Assembly (NCBI GenBank): GCA_964016885.1
Contig: OZ024760.1
Coordinates: forward strand, 26,846,001-26,910,000
Direction of reading: 5' to 3'
Source of the DNA: Eledone cirrhosa
Lineage: Eukaryota
Length of the DNA stretch: 64,000 nucleotides
Shown one piece after another: positions 50,650 through 63,539 of this stretch (within the stretch, counting starts at the first letter, position 1; each line of letters opens with the position of its first letter). Both the position numbers and the translations under genes were made by a program. The notes under the pieces were generated by a model. It did not search any database. It was given only the letters and a program-made list of their open reading frames with translations, and was not told the origin of the DNA.

Positions 50650-52396
50650 AATGTGCGGAGAAAAATGTCGACGAAAACACAAATCTGGAGATTGATTCCA
50701 ACAACAAAAAAAATTTGAAAGAATTGCATGACAATATTAATACCACAAACAAAGAAACAACAAACACAAAAATAACATTTGAAAACAACAACATCATAAC
50801 AGAAAGCAAAACAGACGACAAAGTCAACACCAATAACATCTCATTTGCACAAACAACAAAAAAATCTTTACTGTACATACCTGAAAATATTTCAGATGTG
50901 GCACAAAGAATTAAAAACGCCAAACAATTCATAACTCAAGGGGAAAATGGAGCCTTGTCGGTAAAAATGCCCCAAGAACTCACCAAAGATATTGAAAGTC
51001 GGACGGTCGTTTTCCGCACCATCAACAACATCTCAAAAAAGCCACAACAACCAACACAAGCAGAAATTAAAGCGGTACTTAGAGAAGTATTTAATGAAGC
51101 CACTTTCATAAGAAGAGACAGGCTGTATGGAAGCCTGGCCATTATTATGAAGAACGAATCGGCGACGAAAAAATATGCTTTGTCGACGATTCGTTCGACA
51201 AATTTTACCTTTTATCCATCTTATATGGGTAAAAGAACTCAGCGCATATGGCTGGATGCGATGATGCCAGATATGGACTACTGCTGGCTCATAGCTGGCT
51301 TCATCGATCCAGCGAATGACAACGTGATTTCCATTGGGAAAACCACAGGAACAGGTATAGAACTTGTAGTGCAAATGAAGCCTGAATGCATTGCCCAAAT
51401 ACCCGACAGAATCCTATTAGAGGGCCACGGGTATATAAACATTAGCGTGGAGGGGAGAAGGCCGTCCTGTCATATCTGTGCAGGCAGAGGACACCTGAAG
51501 GCGGCTTGTCCCCAACTCAACAAGAAGAAAACCCTGCTACCAACACCAGCTCCACCACCACCACAACAGATAAACAAACAACAAAACTCAGTCCCACCCA
51601 ACCCGTCCCTCAGTAAAACTACACCACCACCACAGCACAAGCAGACACAACACATTACCCAAAAACAAAACACAGTCCCACCCAACCCCTCACTCAATAA
51701 AACAACACAACCACCGCAGCCACAACACACAACACAGTCTAACATAGTGACATCCATCTCCCCCACAAAGAAAACTAACACGGAAACACTACCAGCAAAC
51801 ATACCTCTTCCCTCCAACACTGAAGATAACCCAACGAATTTGGAGGAAAAAAACGGAGTCCTTCAGACAGATTAAAAGGAAAAAAAAGAAAACATGTGCA
51901 AAACACACAAGGCCAAACAGCCCCTACCCAAATGTCAACACAATCCAACAAAACACAAAACACCCTTCCAGCAACAAACAAAACCAAACCTACCCCTCCC
52001 CTCTTCGAAACACTCACACCATCCGAAAAAAAGACATTACACTATACTTACATCAACAGAAACAATAATAAATTAAATGAACTCATAAACAATAACCCTT
52101 CGGTACAAACCGAAGGGGTAAACTTTGTTTTTTCAGAAAACAACCCACAATTAAAATTAATAAATGTCCCAATGAACCTCTACCAAAAACTAAAAAAGGA
52201 TTTTAAGGAGGACGTAGGACCAGCCTCTGCCAAACCCATAAACTGCGTCCTCCTAAAAAGCTTTCCCTCTTCCCTTCCCCTCCCCAACACAACTCCACAC
52301 ACTGACGACCCCACACCACCACAAGACACCCCTTCACCCAACACCCCCGACCCCATGGAAGTCGTGCGACCCGAACCCCGGGAAGCAGAAAGGTAG
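50650..52396 (+). pseudogene. Tx1/L1 ORF1 (CCHC zinc knuckle, Pro/Thr/Gln-rich tail), frameshifted
   Basis: EGRRPSCHICAGRGHLKAACP (CX2CX4HX4C); split across frames at A-runs near 50705 and 51850. Confidence 0.8.
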
Positions 52397-52429
52397 GTCT
52401 CTACACTCTCCTTTGGCTTTGCCGCCCAC

Positions 52430-55400
52430 ATGGATGTGTTAAGAGTAGGATGTTTGAATGCACATGGCCTGGGCTCAACTTGGAAGCAAGTAAAGCTTCT
52501 AAATGACCTCAGGTCACGTGGTATAAATGTAATGGTTATCTGTGAAACTCGGATCAGCATCGTGCGGCAGCTGGCCCCTACCTTCGATGACTTTGAGGTG
52601 CACGCATCTCTCTGTCAACCTGGAGGTGGGGGTGGGGTTGTCGTACTGCTGGAAAAACACCTGGGTCTCGCCGTACAGGTTGTTCACTCGGACCTGGGAG
52701 GTCGTTTGTTGGTGCTAGACGTTGGCAGTAGTGGAGGTGCGGCCTTGAGACTGGTCGCCGTCTACTCCCCTTTCGGAGCTGAACGACCCGACTTCTTCCA
52801 GCGTCTGGAGACTTTTCTGGGAACATCGCGTTCCCTGCTTCTAGCGGGGGACTGGAATGACATCCTACATGCACGTTGGGACTATGCAGGAGCATGTCCT
52901 AATAGAGGGGGGTGTAACAGCCTCAAGGGGTTACTCGACAGTTTTAACTTGGTCGATAGATATCGACTAGATTTTCCAACTTGGACTTGGACGAACCACA
53001 GTGGTCAATCTAGATCGTACTTAGATAGATTCTTAGTTAGAAGTAAGGATAGGGACATATTAAGCTGTCCAGAAATGCTCACGGTTGGCTATACAGATCA
53101 TAAATTAGTGACCTGCGTAGTCAACCTTGAGAGAACACATAGACAGGGTCCGGTTACTGGAAACTTAATTTGTCTTTACCGGCAAAAGAGGCTTACAGAG
53201 ACCGGATTAGCGGATTAGTTAAGGAGAGGTTGACGGGTGCAATCGTCAACAACCGTTGGTGGGCATCTCTCAAAAGAGAGATTAGAACTGAATCAATAAG
53301 TTATAGCAAGATGTTAGCTGTCGATAGGAATAGGAACGAGAAAGAATTACCAGGTAAATTAGAAGAGGCAATCAAGAGCGAAGATGTGGCCAGAGTGCTG
53401 GCATCGAGGACGGCCTTGAGCCAGTTTTTCGATGCAAAGCACGAAGGCTGCGTCATTCGAAGTAAAATACGTGCTCTAGGTAATGAGGGGGCCAAAGCCG
53501 TTGGCTGGGCTCGCATGACAGAAGCTAAGAGTGGAAATCGTTCCACCATCCGGTCTTTGCAAGACGAGGATGGATGGGTGATCCGGGAGCCTAAGCAGAT
53601 GTGCGAGGCCTTTCAAAGGCACTTTGCCCGATTGTTCGGGGAGGCGAGGGTCCGGGCGGGGACGTGGATTTCGGTCCATACCTCGACAGCCTGCCGCGTC
53701 TCTCGTGCGAAGAGGCAGAGCCCTGCGAGGGACCAATCTCGGCTGATGAGATCGGGGATGCGCTGAGCCAATGCAGCAGACGCAAATCTCCAGGTCTCGA
53801 TGGTATACCTTACGAACTTTATTTAGCAATGCCGGTCTTCTCCGAACTCCTCAAAGCAGTCTACTGCAATTGGCAGCAGAACGGGAGAATTCCATGTTCT
53901 GTAGCCAAGGGCGTAGTCTCGCTGGTGAGGAAGGACGAGAACAAGGGGCATCGTATAAATAATTTTCGGCCCATAACCCTGCTAAACACAGAGTTAAAGA
54001 TTTTGGCCAAGGTGTTAGCAAAGAGGTTGGCGCTTGTCGTAGGTAGCCTGGTGGGAGATGCGCAGACATGTGCTATCCCATCCAGGTCCATTCACGACAA
54101 CCTCCACCTCATGCGATACATCATAGAGAGGGTTGGCAACAAACCCGGCTTCGGTGAGGCCCTGATCAACTTGGATCAGTCTAAGGCGTTCGATAGGGTC
54201 GACCATGGTTACCTGGATGCGGTGCTAGCGGCGGCTGGGTTCGGTCCTGTTTTCAGAGGCTGGATCATTGCCTTACATAGCAACCACATCTGGTCTAGGA
54301 TCAAGGTGAACGGCTACCATTCGAAGCCGTTCGAAATCACACGATCCATTCGACAGGGGTGCCCTCTCTCCTCCCTTCTGTACGTATTGACTCTCGAGCC
54401 TTTACTGAGGAAGTTGGAGTTGTTGCAGGGTATCCCCCTGGAACCAGGATTGAGCAAAGCAGTGTCGGCCTACGCCGATGACGTAACAGTAATGGTATTG
54501 ACCGACTCGGAGATCGAGGCGATCGGTACCTTACTGGAGGAATACGAAAGGTTGTCAGGAGCGAAACTGAACCGGGAAAAATTCATCGGGCTGCAACTCG
54601 GAACGTGGAGAGGCAGACCGATGCCTCCCGACGGTGTCGTCGGACACTGGATGGAGGGCCCGGTGAAGTTGCTTGGGGTCTGGTTTGGACCGGACCTCCA
54701 GGTGGAAAAGAACTGGGGCGAGGTTACGAGCAAGGTGTTTGCACTGACTCAGAAATGGGCCAAGTGTAAGCTGTCCCTGAAAGGTCGGGCGGAGGTGGCG
54801 AACATTTACATAGCGTCCGTCACCTACTACCGCCTGACTGTCGTGCCTTGCCCTAAGGAAACACTCACCACCATGGAACGCATGCTCTTTCAATTTCTTT
54901 GGAAGAAGCGCCCTCCTATGGTGAGAAGATCCATCTGCTGCCAACAACCTTCGAAAGGAGGACTGGGGATGCCCTGGTTGATGATGCGTGGGCACGCATT
55001 AAGGCTACGGCACCTACAGGTATTCCTCACTGGTCAACCGGTGTGGGCTCCGTTCGTGAGACGAGCCTTTCCGAGACTCGTCTCGCTCACCGAGCTGCAG
55101 TCCTGGGTCAAGCAAAGATCCGGAAAACTGGGCGACTGGTACACTGAGTGTGCCCAGGCACTCAGGGCTCTCTGGCAAGCGGACCCGGCCATCGGTGGAG
55201 AGTCCACCTCGTCATTCTATAGAGGGCTGGTGGCTAGCAGGGGCGATGACACCCTTGGAGAGTCACTGGACATGGAGGAGGACGAACTGGCCAGCCTGTT
55301 CGGTAGGACTTTCGGCCCGGGACCAATGGACAACTTCCAGAAGTCACTGGCCTGGCAGTGCTACCGGGGGGGGCTCTACCCGTTCAAGAAAAGCTCTACA

Positions 55401-55825
55401 GACACGGGTGCCCGGGCAGGGATCCCTCGAAAAAGATTTGCCCTAGATGCGTGCGTCACGAAGAAGCCGTTGCGCACGCATTGGTGCACTGTCCGGGCGT
55501 GGCTGATCTGTGGGGCTACGCCGAACGACTGCTGTCGCAGGTGGCGCCGATTCGATTGACCGCCGAGTCCGTGATAACAATCAAGCCACCTCCCCTCTTC
55601 ACAAAGGAAGCAAAGGCGGTTTTTCTGTGCGTAATAGCCATGTTGAAAGAGGTTGTTTGGTGGACACGATTGAAAGGTCTGAGGTCAGGCAACTTCCTGT
55701 CTGGCCATAGTCTGGTCTACTTCTTCCGATATGACTTCGGAAGAAGGATAAGAATGGAGAGAGAGGTGCTTGGCCACAGGCAGTTTTATGAAAGGTGGGT
55801 GATAGTGGCAAGAAGGCTCGTGTAA
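52430..55825 (+). pseudogene. Tx1/L1 ORF2 (APE-RT-zinc-binding), 3 frameshifts
   Basis: CLNAHGL, ICETR, GDWN, SYLDRF, TDHK; KSPGLDG, FRPITLLN, LDQSKAFDRVDH, IRQGCPLS, AYADD; CPRC..EAVAHALVHC. Confidence 0.92.
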
Positions 55826-57104
55826 ATGGGCCTTCTCTATATACCATCCTGTAGGTGAAGGAGAGGGGAGCACCTTCTCCATGTGCTCCCTGGGCAAAGG
55901 ATTGCACACTTTTTCGGGGGTGTGTGCAACCCCCATCACGTCCCCTCCCTTTTGAGGTTGTTTTTGATTATCTTCATTTTATACCCTTTTTACTCAGTTT
56001 TATGTAAACTCCCCCTTTGTATTTGTCCCTTCTTTTTATGCCTTTATGGTAAATAAAGAAATATATATATATATATATGTATATACACTCCTATATGAGC
56101 GAGACAGTCACCCAACCCAACTTGCTTCTAATTGGGAGAAACCCGTCTAACCTGTGCTAGCGTGGAAGATAGACGTTAATCAATTAGGATGATAATATAT
56201 ATGTATGTATGTATATATATATATGTATTGTATATATATATGTATATATATGTATATATGGAGGCACATGGCTTAGTTGTTAGAGCATTGAGCTTGCAAT
56301 CGAAAGGTTGTGAGTTCAATTCTCACACCGGGTGATGTGTTGTTTCCTTGAGCAAGGCACTTTATTTCACATTGCTCCAGTTTACTCAGCTGTAGAAATG
56401 AGATGATAGGGACTGAGGTCTCTATCATTCCACTGCAAAGTGGACGTGGCGGTGCCACGGCAAAAAAGCACCCAGCACTCACTGTAAAGTGGACGTGGAG
56501 GTGCCACGGCAAAGAAGCACCCAGCACTCACTGTAAATGAGGTTGATGATTGGAAGGGCATCCAGCTGTAGAAATCAAGCCAGAATCAGTTCCCGTCCCA
56601 CCCTTGCAAGCAGGGAAAAGTGGATGTAAAATGATGATGATATATATGTATATACAACATAGATAACAATCAAATTTTGTTTAAGGCGTTTAAATATTTA
56701 AATGCCCTAAACAAAATTTGATTGTTATCTATGTTGTATTTCTGCTCTGTAACTTATCTAATATTTTACATTGAACTATTATCTTACTGGTAATTGGGTA
56801 TAATTGTATATATAAGTATAACTATTATTAATATTATATAGCTTTGCGCAGAGACGATACCGTAGCCAATGAGGTTATCCGAGTCGTGCTTATTGCTGGT
56901 GAAATTATTATATATGTATACTAGCCAAATTACCCGCGCCTTGCTGCGTTTCACGTGTGTATATGTGCGTGTAGGGCCAGAAAGAGGCAGACCAGCTACC
57001 ATTACCTCAATGACCAAGAAGACCCACAGAGAAAGATGGAGCCCGGGGACCAGAGCCATATGGACCTCCAAAAACCATGATGAATTAAAGAAAATGATCA
57101 CATG

Positions 57105-57722
57105 CGATGGGGGCCAGTATAAAACTAACCCTTAAGGAACATATGTTTAAGTTTAATGGCGAAACAAAACCCCAAGAGAAGGGGTTAGCCATTGGCATTA
57201 ACATTGCAGGTGACATAGCTAACCTCTTTATGGTATGGTGGGACAGAAGACTTAAGGAACAATTAGACGACAATTTTATAACCCTGACTATGTACTCTCG
57301 CTACGTAGAGGACATAAATATCGTAGTAAAAACACCCCCACAGGAGAACGGTCAGGAATTAGAGAAGAACACCATGGAAAGCATCCAATAAATAGCTGAC
57401 TCCATCCACCAGAGTATTAAAGTTATTATAGACTACCCAAATAAACACTCCAACCATAAATTACCCAACTAAACACTCCAACCATAAATTTCCCGTACTA
57501 GACACACAACTCTGGTTAGAAACTATTAGTAATAGAACACAAATCCTCCATTCACATTATGCCAAACTCATGACCTCCAAATACCTGATCCACCAAAATT
57601 CAGCTATTTCAGATAACATGAATGTCAACATACTAATTGCGGATTTAGCAAGGGGGATGAGAAATGTGTTCCGCATGTGCAACCCTAAAGAATTTGAGAG
57701 ACGCATACAACACTTCATCCAC
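57105..57722 (+). mobile_element. Penelope-like RT fragment
   Basis: FKFNGETKPQEKGLAIG..IANLFM...SRYVEDI...PVLD...HYAK, i.e. PLE RT motifs and thumb; degenerate. Confidence 0.75.
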
Positions 57723-57744
57723 ATATATATATATATATGTATAT

Positions 57745-58414
57745 ACTAGCCGAATTACCCGCGCCTTGCTGCATTTCACACATTTTTTTTGTAAGAAAAT
57801 GATGATTGATTTTAAATCAGTGATATAATTTATGGAGAAAAACTCTGCATTTCAATATTACTCAATGTAAAATGTAATGAAGGAAAAATTGGAAAACATT
57901 TTTTGTAATATATCAAATCAAAATTACATTATTAAATCTTGTTCTTATTTTGTTTCTTGTAAATAATTCTTTTCAAAATATCAATTCAAAAATGTTGTGA
58001 ATAGGCATTATATCTTGTCATTTACCTATGGTTTAAATTTCATATAAATCGAAGGGAAAACATTTTCAGCGCAAGTACGCCAAACAGCAGTGGTGCTAAT
58101 TCCGCAGTGACCTCTTTTGTTGCACCTTTGTTGCTGTGTAAACACAGTGCAACCAGTGCCGCCCAGCATTTATACTAATAGCACTATGACTCCTTCTGCT
58201 CCAGCTGCGTTGCCACGTTGATTTCGTCATCTCAATATCGCTACTTAAACGTACATCCCTACATGGTTTACACACAATTGACTACATCGCTCCTCAATCA
58301 TTCCCTGAGAATATGGGAAATCAAAAAGTACACAGCTACATTCCTCAATCTTTGCATATGCGTGTTGCTATTTCACGCTTCCTACCCCATGCAACGCCGG
58401 GTCCTACTGCTAGT
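57745..58414. mobile_element. Segment bounded by two outward-facing Helitron-like 3' ends
   Basis: ACTAGCCGAATTACCCGCGCCTTGCTGC at the left (also at 56920) and CCCATGCAACGCCGGGTCCTACTGCTAGT at the right. Confidence 0.5.
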
Positions 58415-58449
58415 ATATATGTGTGTGTGTGTATATATATATAATCACA

Positions 58450-58787
58450 TCTCGAATGTATATATAGGTTCAACATCGAATAGCTTTAAGACCAGATATA
58501 ATTCACACCTTCATTCGTTCAGAAACCCTAAACTTAGCAACATAACCTCACTATTCACATACATACTCTCATTAAAATCAAGTAATACATCATACACCTT
58601 AAAATGGGAAGTGATAGCTGAGGCCCCCTCATATAGACCACCTAACAAACTTTGTAACCTTTGCATCCTCGTGTCTAAAAATATCATTCACTCTAATCTT
58701 AGCCTACTAAATAGGAAATCAGAGATCTTCTCCACATGTCCACATCACCATAGATTCTCGTTCCACTACTTCAAACCTAGTAACTAA
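58450..58787 (+). mobile_element. Penelope-like GIY-YIG endonuclease fragment
   Basis: VYIGSTSNSFKTRYNSH...LKWEVI...CNLC...LLNRKSEIFSTCPH. Confidence 0.82.
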
Positions 58788-59134
58788 TAATAATAAAAAT
58801 AAAAACCAATGTCGGAGATAATACTAGACCACCACCTTTAAATTTATCCAAATAGATCTTCGTAAATATAGGAATACACCTTAATTAAAAGACCACACTG
58901 ACCTATATACTGTCCAACATTTCTCATTAGTCAATAAACCCCTTGTTTGATCTCTCACCATATACAATTAAAATAATTAAATAATATAGACACCCTAATA
59001 TACTCTCAATATACAACACCAACTAAACAGCAGACAACTGTGTATATAACACCAATTACTCCAGTATATATTATGCAACTCCCTATCCTGTCATAAAAAA
59101 CTTCAACTCTCTCTGCACAATCTGTATATATATA

Positions 59135-59695
59135 GTATCTAGAATAAGGACGGGTTGGAAGAAGTTTAGGGAGCTGCTTCCTCTGCTGACGAAGAAGGGT
59201 TTCTCCCTACGTATGAAAGGCCAGTTGTATGATGCCTGTGTGAAGAGCACGATGCTGCATGGTAGTGAGACATGGGCAACAACTGCAGAGGATATGCAAC
59301 GGCTGGAGAGAAATGAGGCAAGCATGCTCCGTTGGATGTGCAGTGTAAATGTGCGTGAACGATCCAGCATGAATGTGTTGAGAGAGAAACTGTGTCTGAG
59401 AGGGATAGAATGTAGTGTACGGGAGAGGAGACTGAGGTGGTATGGACATGTGATGCGCATGGAGGATGACCAATGGGTGAAGAAGTGCCAGGAAATGCCA
59501 GTTGAAGGAAGACGTGGTAGAGGTAGACCACGAAAAACATGGGCGGAGGTGGTGAGAACAGACCTCAGATCATTGAAGCTCACGGTGGAGATGACGAAGG
59601 ACCGTGACGAGTGGAGAGATGAAGTGCTGAATAGGACCCGTCCCACCCTTGCAAGCAGGTAAAAGCGGACGTAAAATGATGATGATGATGGTGGT
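59135..59695 (+). mobile_element. RTE-X-like LINE 3' end with (TGA)n tail
   Basis: GWKKFRELLPLL..MLHGSETW..RRLRWYGHVMRM..GRGRPRKTW; the tail is shared with SINE-B. Confidence 0.88.
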
Positions 59696-61571
59696 GGATA
59701 GATAGATAGATATACATTCTCACACATATATATATATATACCTTATATTATATATACATATACTATGTAAAAACTATCTAGTTATAATAAAATAATTAAA
59801 AAATTGTTTTTAATTCCCTCCACACAAGTTGAAAAGATAACAATTATATAATTAATAACCAATAATAATATTTTATATGCTCTATAAAGATTAATTCATA
59901 ACACTACTACAATAATAAAACAACCATTAATTTATTAACAACCTTATTTACCTCCTTTACAACTTCCTGTGTAAACTCATAAAATTAAGCAACCTAACGG
60001 TTTACCAACAACTTAATAACGGTTAATACAAACCCTAGAAAAGATAATTTGTAGATAAAAATGCATAATATAATATACCTACTATAACAACATGGCCTGT
60101 AATTAGGTGGAATTTACGTTTAACAAACACACACCTATTGACTATAAACGACTTAAAATAATTCCATGGTTAATAGATGTGAGTTACAAACAACATGTAC
60201 AGATACATACGAACTACAACACAAAAACACTTGAGTGAAAATCACCTATCCAATTCTATCACGTGCTTTGCATTACACCTCACATAACATATACCTACAT
60301 TATCACCACATGTCTCTCTAACAAATTTCACGTAAATACATGGCTTAGTGGTTAGAGCATTGGCCTTGTAATCGAAAGGTTGTGAGTTCAATTCTCAGAC
60401 CGGGTGATGTGTTGTTTCCTTGAGCAAGACACTTTATTTCACATTGCTCCAGTTTACTCAGCTGTAGAAATGAGATGATAGGGACTGGGGTCCCTATCAT
60501 TCCACTGCAAAGTGGACGTGTAGGCACCACGGCAAAAAAAGCACCCAGCACTCACTGTAAATGAGGTTGGTGTTAGGAAGGGCATCCAGCTGTAGAAATC
60601 AAGCCAGAATCAGTTCCCGTCCCACCCTTGCAAGCAGGGAAAAAGCGGACGTAAAATGAAATGATGATGATGATGAATGATGAAATGTGGTTGGTATTAG
60701 GAAGGGCATCCAGTTGTAGAAAACCTGCCAGAGCAACCTGCCAGACAGTCCTATACGAGCAAGATGACCAATCTTGCCTCAAGTGGGACAATTCCCATCT
60801 AAACCCATGTTAGCATGGAAGATAGACGTTAAACGTTGATGATGATGATGATGATGACATAATGATCGAACTTTGTGGAGAAAAATATCTTGTGTTGATG
60901 CACAGTCTATAACTGGTGGAGTTTAGCGTCAAACTAGTAGTATATATTATTTAGTATATATAAATTAACAATTGTATTTATTATATAATATTTATAATTT
61001 GCATGTAGGTAGGTCTATCTGGAAATAAGGGCAGTGGAGAGGACACTCAGTGTATTATGTGGCCCACAACGTTTGAGAACCTCTGCTGTAGACAAAAGAG
61101 ATATTGAGGAAGAGTCAACCCCAGATCTGAGTTATAATAAGTAAAACTACCTGTAAGTTAAGCCAATCTTGAAAGGAGCAATTACCAGTAAGACTTGCTG
61201 GGTCAGAGGTCATTTACTGTAGACAAAAGATGTATTAAATAGCATAACCATAAATAGGGGGTTTGTGAGGTCGCAGTCATATGACTGTGTGTTTTGTCAA
61301 ACATGCTGGTGTTTTAAGAGGTGGGATGTTCCATTATGTAGTGAAAATGGAGGTATGGCAGAGAGGGTGGAAGGGTTGTACTCATGTGGCTATGTGATAA
61401 ATATGACAATTGAATGAGGGAGAAATTACATATTCAATGTTGAGCAAAAATATGTGTCCAGAAAATATTTTCAATTTAGCACATCACAGAAGCCCAAGTC
61501 TCCTCAGATGTGTTTTTTTCTTTTTACTCACTCTGTTCTGGAGGCCGGTGGCCTAGTGGTGAGGGTGTTGG

Positions 61572-62140
61572 ACAAGATTTCACACCTCTAGCATCAATCC
61601 TTCATAGGTTTATTTTTCAACATAGTCCCTGGAAAGAAACAATGCAGTTATTAATAAAAATAGTTGAAATTAATGCATACAAGATTTCACAGCCCTAGCA
61701 TCAATCCTTCATAGGCTGACTAAGATACTCTCATGGAATGACTAAATGAGGTTTATTTTTCAACATAGTCCCTGGAAAGAAACAATGCAGTTATTAATAA
61801 AAATAGTTGAAATTAATGCATACAAGATTTCACAGCTCTAGCATCAATCCTTCATAGGCTGACTAAGATACTCTCATGGAATGACTAAATGAGGTTTATT
61901 TTTTAACATAGTCCCTGGAAAGAAACAATGCAGTTATTAATAAAAATAGTTGAAATTAATGCATACAAGATTTCACAGCTCTAGCATCAATCCTTCATAG
62001 GCTGACTAAGATACTCTCATGGAATGACTAAATGAGGTTTATTTTTTAACATAGTCCTTGAAAAGAAACAATGTAGTTATTAATAAAAATAGTTGAAATT
62101 AATGCATGCTAGATTTTACAGCTCTAGCATCACTCCTACA
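61572..62140. repeat. 143-bp tandem repeat (about 4 copies)
   Basis: CAAGATTTCACA at 61573, 61680, 61823 and 61966; first unit shorter. Confidence 0.9.
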
Positions 62141-62752
62141 TAGTCAGCCTTCCCTCATATATATATATATGTATGTGTGATAGGACTGGAACCCCTATCA
62201 TTAAAACATCCAAGAAACCTCACCGTGAGATACAAACTTGTAGGAGGCCAGCTAAACCTACATAGTTGTGGGTTGTAACAAAAACATATATATGCAAGAG
62301 GACTGAAGCCTCTATCATTAAAACAACCAAGAACCTCCTATGATATATCATCATCATCATCATCATCAACGTTTAACGTCCGTGTTCCACGCTTGCATGG
62401 GTTTGGACGGGGGTAGTCCCACTTGAGGCAAGAGTGATTGTCTTGCTCGCATAGGACTGTCTGGCGGGTTTTCTACAGTTGGATGCCCTTCCTAACACCA
62501 ACCTCATTTACAGTGTGGGACTGGGAGGTTTTTACCGTGTTGCCTACACGGCCACATTACAGCGTGGACTGTGTGTTTTTTGTCGTGACACCTACACGAT
62601 CTCATTTGTTTCGGCCTGGATGGCGTGGCACCAACATAACTTTACATAGAAGGGGGTGGTGTGGATGGGGTGGGGGTGGTGTATTTTGTTAGAGATGCCT
62701 GCTGGCTGTAGTAGGTTTTACTATGTATTTAGGTAAAGCGGGTCTTCTCTGT

Positions 62753-62790
<38 letters not shown>

Positions 62791-62964
62791 CGTTTCTGAA
62801 TTTGTTTAGCAAGATTCTTTATCTGAAATTGTGTGTTGAAACCGATATTGTTATACTTTGGGAGGGTCATGTTGCCAATAAGAAATATATTAATATATAA
62901 TAAATTGAAGTGAAAGCAACTGGTGCGTGTGTTTCTTATTGGCAACATGACCCTCCCAAAGTAT

Positions 62965-63014
<50 letters not shown>

Positions 63015-63053
63015 ATATTAAATAAATAGAAACTATATTTATAAAACCATATT

Positions 63054-63114
63054 TATTCTATTATATATATTTCAAGCGTACCAACATTTTGGTACGCTTT
63101 CATCAGATAAAATA
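63054..63114 (-). ncRNA. Type I hammerhead ribozyme, family A (best copy)
   Basis: TATTTTAT-CTGATGA-AAGCGTACCAA-AATG-TTGGTACGCTT-GAA-ATATATAT-A-ATAGAATA: 8-bp stem I, perfect 11-bp stem II, palindromic short stem III, AUA cleavage triplet. Confidence 0.85.
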
Positions 63115-63190
63115 CAAAAGGTTTTATAATTATTTGACATGACCAAAGATAATATACCTTAACGGTTCAAGATATTTATAAAACATTTTG

Positions 63191-63251
63191 TATTTTATCT
63201 GATGATAGCGTACCAAAATTTTGGTACCCTTGAAATATATATAATAGAATA
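63191..63251 (+). ncRNA. Type I hammerhead ribozyme, family A (inverted partner)
   Basis: Same scaffold as 63054-63114 with two mismatches in stem II; other arm of the fold-back at about 63010-63295. Confidence 0.75.
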
Positions 63252-63503
63252 AATATGGTTTTATAAATATAGTTTCCATTTATTTAATATCAATGTATAT
63301 TATACTCCAGAAAACTTGTTGAGTGCTCTGAATCAGTTATAAACATTTATATTTGTTGAATTACCAATAAATTGAATATCCCTTTTGCTTATATATATAT
63401 ATATATATATATGTATTTAAAAGGTAAACAGAAATAACAACACAATCGGTACAGTATATGGAAGGTATATATTAGGTTAACGCTTGATATAGCAGGAAGA
63501 GGG

Positions 63504-63539
63504 TCTTAACGTTTCGGATACTAGTCCTTCATCAGAAGA
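63504..63539 (-). ncRNA. Minimal hammerhead-like motif, family D
   Basis: TCTT-CTGATGA-A-GGA-CTAGTA-TCC-GAA-ACGT-T-AAGA; inverted partner at about 63968-63996, separated by a SINE-B insertion. Confidence 0.5.

Larger units (their letters stand above)
50290..56060 (+). mobile_element. Near full-length Tx1/L1-clade LINE flanked by (TA)n
   Basis: ORF1 plus ORF2 architecture, T-rich 3' UTR, AATAAA at about 56052 followed by (AT)n; (AT)n also at the 5' side; 5' boundary approximate. Confidence 0.85.
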
